DNA of 64,000 bases from Asterias rubens. Its lineage: Eukaryota. Below the pieces are notes generated by a model. It worked only from the letters and a program-made list of their open reading frames with translations, ran no database searches and was not told where the DNA came from. Location: the NCBI RefSeq assembly GCF_902459465.1, contig NC_047083.1:496001-560000 (forward strand). The letters run 5' to 3'. Made by a program: the position numbers and the translations under genes. Shown in pieces: positions 62,696 through 64,000 of this stretch (within the stretch, counting starts at the first letter, position 1; each line of letters opens with the position of its first letter).

Positions 62696-63721
62696 CAATG
62701 GACAGTTTTTAGGAAAGGCAGGGTCACTGAAAGGTCACAATTCAAGGTCACAGTTCAATGTCACATTTCCTGCAATGCATGACCCTCATATGGTTCTCAT
62801 TTGTAATTTTGAAACCTGTGTCTCTTGAGAGAACGGGAAGATGAAACAATGAGACTTTGAAACCCCTGGGACTAACAGGTTACAATTAAAGATTGTTCAA
62901 CTAACCACCCTGCACCCCCCCCCCCCTTTTTCTTGAGTTGTTTTGCAAATTGAAGTAAACCCAACAAACAAAAAACAAACAAACTTGGAGCTATATCAGG
63001 TAAGAAAGCCGATTTAAAACAAACAAATCTCGCCCCCCGAAAGTATTTTAAAACTTGATGTATAGAATGTTTTGGTTTCTTAATGGATACCATTGCTCTT
63101 TGAAAAGCATTTGTTGCTACTCAACCAACACACGTAGAAGCAAAACAGCAATCCACACTAGCAATGCCCTCTCTAACTTCAATCAGTGAAAACACTTGTC
63201 ATACAACCATCGTGGCCTTTGAGTACCACGACGTCTTCACTCCACGGCGGTACCACTTAACGATCGCCCAGGCATGCCATTAGCGCGGTTGCCTCGCTAA
63301 GGGGATACCGTGTTCTTCGCCTTATTAACCGGGGCGGAAAGTGCGACCGACCCGCACTATGCTCTTTTGATTGCCGTGTGCTTCCGGTGCGGTGTGGGAT
63401 AAATTGCGCAGTTTGGGAATGTATGACTGGGGTTGATTTAACCACTTGAACCACAGTATGGTGTGGTGTGGCTAATCGGGAATAATGATGCATTTAGTGA
63501 GGCAAGGAAAGAGAGGAAATGAGACCAATCCAGGGTGTCTAAGCAGTGAGGAATCGAACACTTACAAAATGACTGCAAAGATGTACTTCAGCTGTAAACT
63601 GAACCACTCCATTATTGTGACATTGTCAGCTAAGATGTAAACTTGTCAAAAATGTAAAAGAGTTTCAAGACAGTCCTAAAACCCTCTGGTTTAAGAGATA
63701 AAGAGTGAGGTGACAACATAC

Positions 63722-63792
63722 CTGAGGAAAAGCCAAGACGTGTTTTCCATGCTGTTCAGCATTCTTCCTCCATTCTTCCAGACGGCCGCCAT
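63722..63792 (-). CDS. Candidate first exon of an unidentified minus-strand transcript (MAAVWKNGGRMLNSMENTSWLFL...)
   Basis: aacaaaATGGCGGCC start overlapping a YY1 motif, then 71 nt to donor CAG|GTATGT. No convincing downstream coding chain found. Confidence 0.35.
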
Positions 63793-64000
63793 TTTGTTCG
63801 CTTGAACGCATTGTTTAGCTTTATCAAAAGACTGTGACTTACGTAATGTTACGTATGATAGGAATCTAGACCTGTAGTGTATGCATACTCTATATGAAAA
63901 TGAACTGACTACTGTGTTTAGTGATTGCAGTAAACCAGTATGTATTTATGTATAGACTTTTTATGTCAGTGCATTCAAAAAAATTCAAGGGGTTATTTTA

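Noticed and set aside
61671-63629. Assigning the minus-strand exon-like pieces to a known membrane protein such as TMEM241
   Set aside because: Only scattered residue coincidences, and no consistent in-frame exon chain could be built.

Overview
AT-rich echinoderm genomic DNA, most likely a sea star (Asterias-like; taxon is inference). About 46 kb of the window is a minus-strand alx1 gene (PRD-class Q50 homeobox with C-terminal OAR motif). Four coding exons (46391-46160, 29130-28766, 2435-2133, 472-44) join in frame with canonical GT-AG sites across introns of 17.0, 26.3 and 1.7 kb, giving 442 aa. Exon 3 has two in-frame donors 171 nt apart, so the skeletogenic Domain 2 segment can be included (442 aa) or skipped (385 aa). 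Exon 1 encodes HSIDGILG, identical to the Pax7 octapeptide/eh1 motif. The introns and 5' flank hold many short non-autonomous DNA transposons (TTAA-flanked Kolobok-type and GGG/CCC-ended Harbinger-type), local tandem duplications and CpG-rich enhancer-like blocks. Two Penelope-type relics resemble minimal hammerhead ribozymes. The right end (59.5-63.8 kb) has splice-flanked, exon-like segments on both strands that may belong to an unidentified neighbouring gene. No rRNA, tRNA, CRISPR array or intact transposase/RT ORF was seen. All coordinates were derived by hand; no searches were run.
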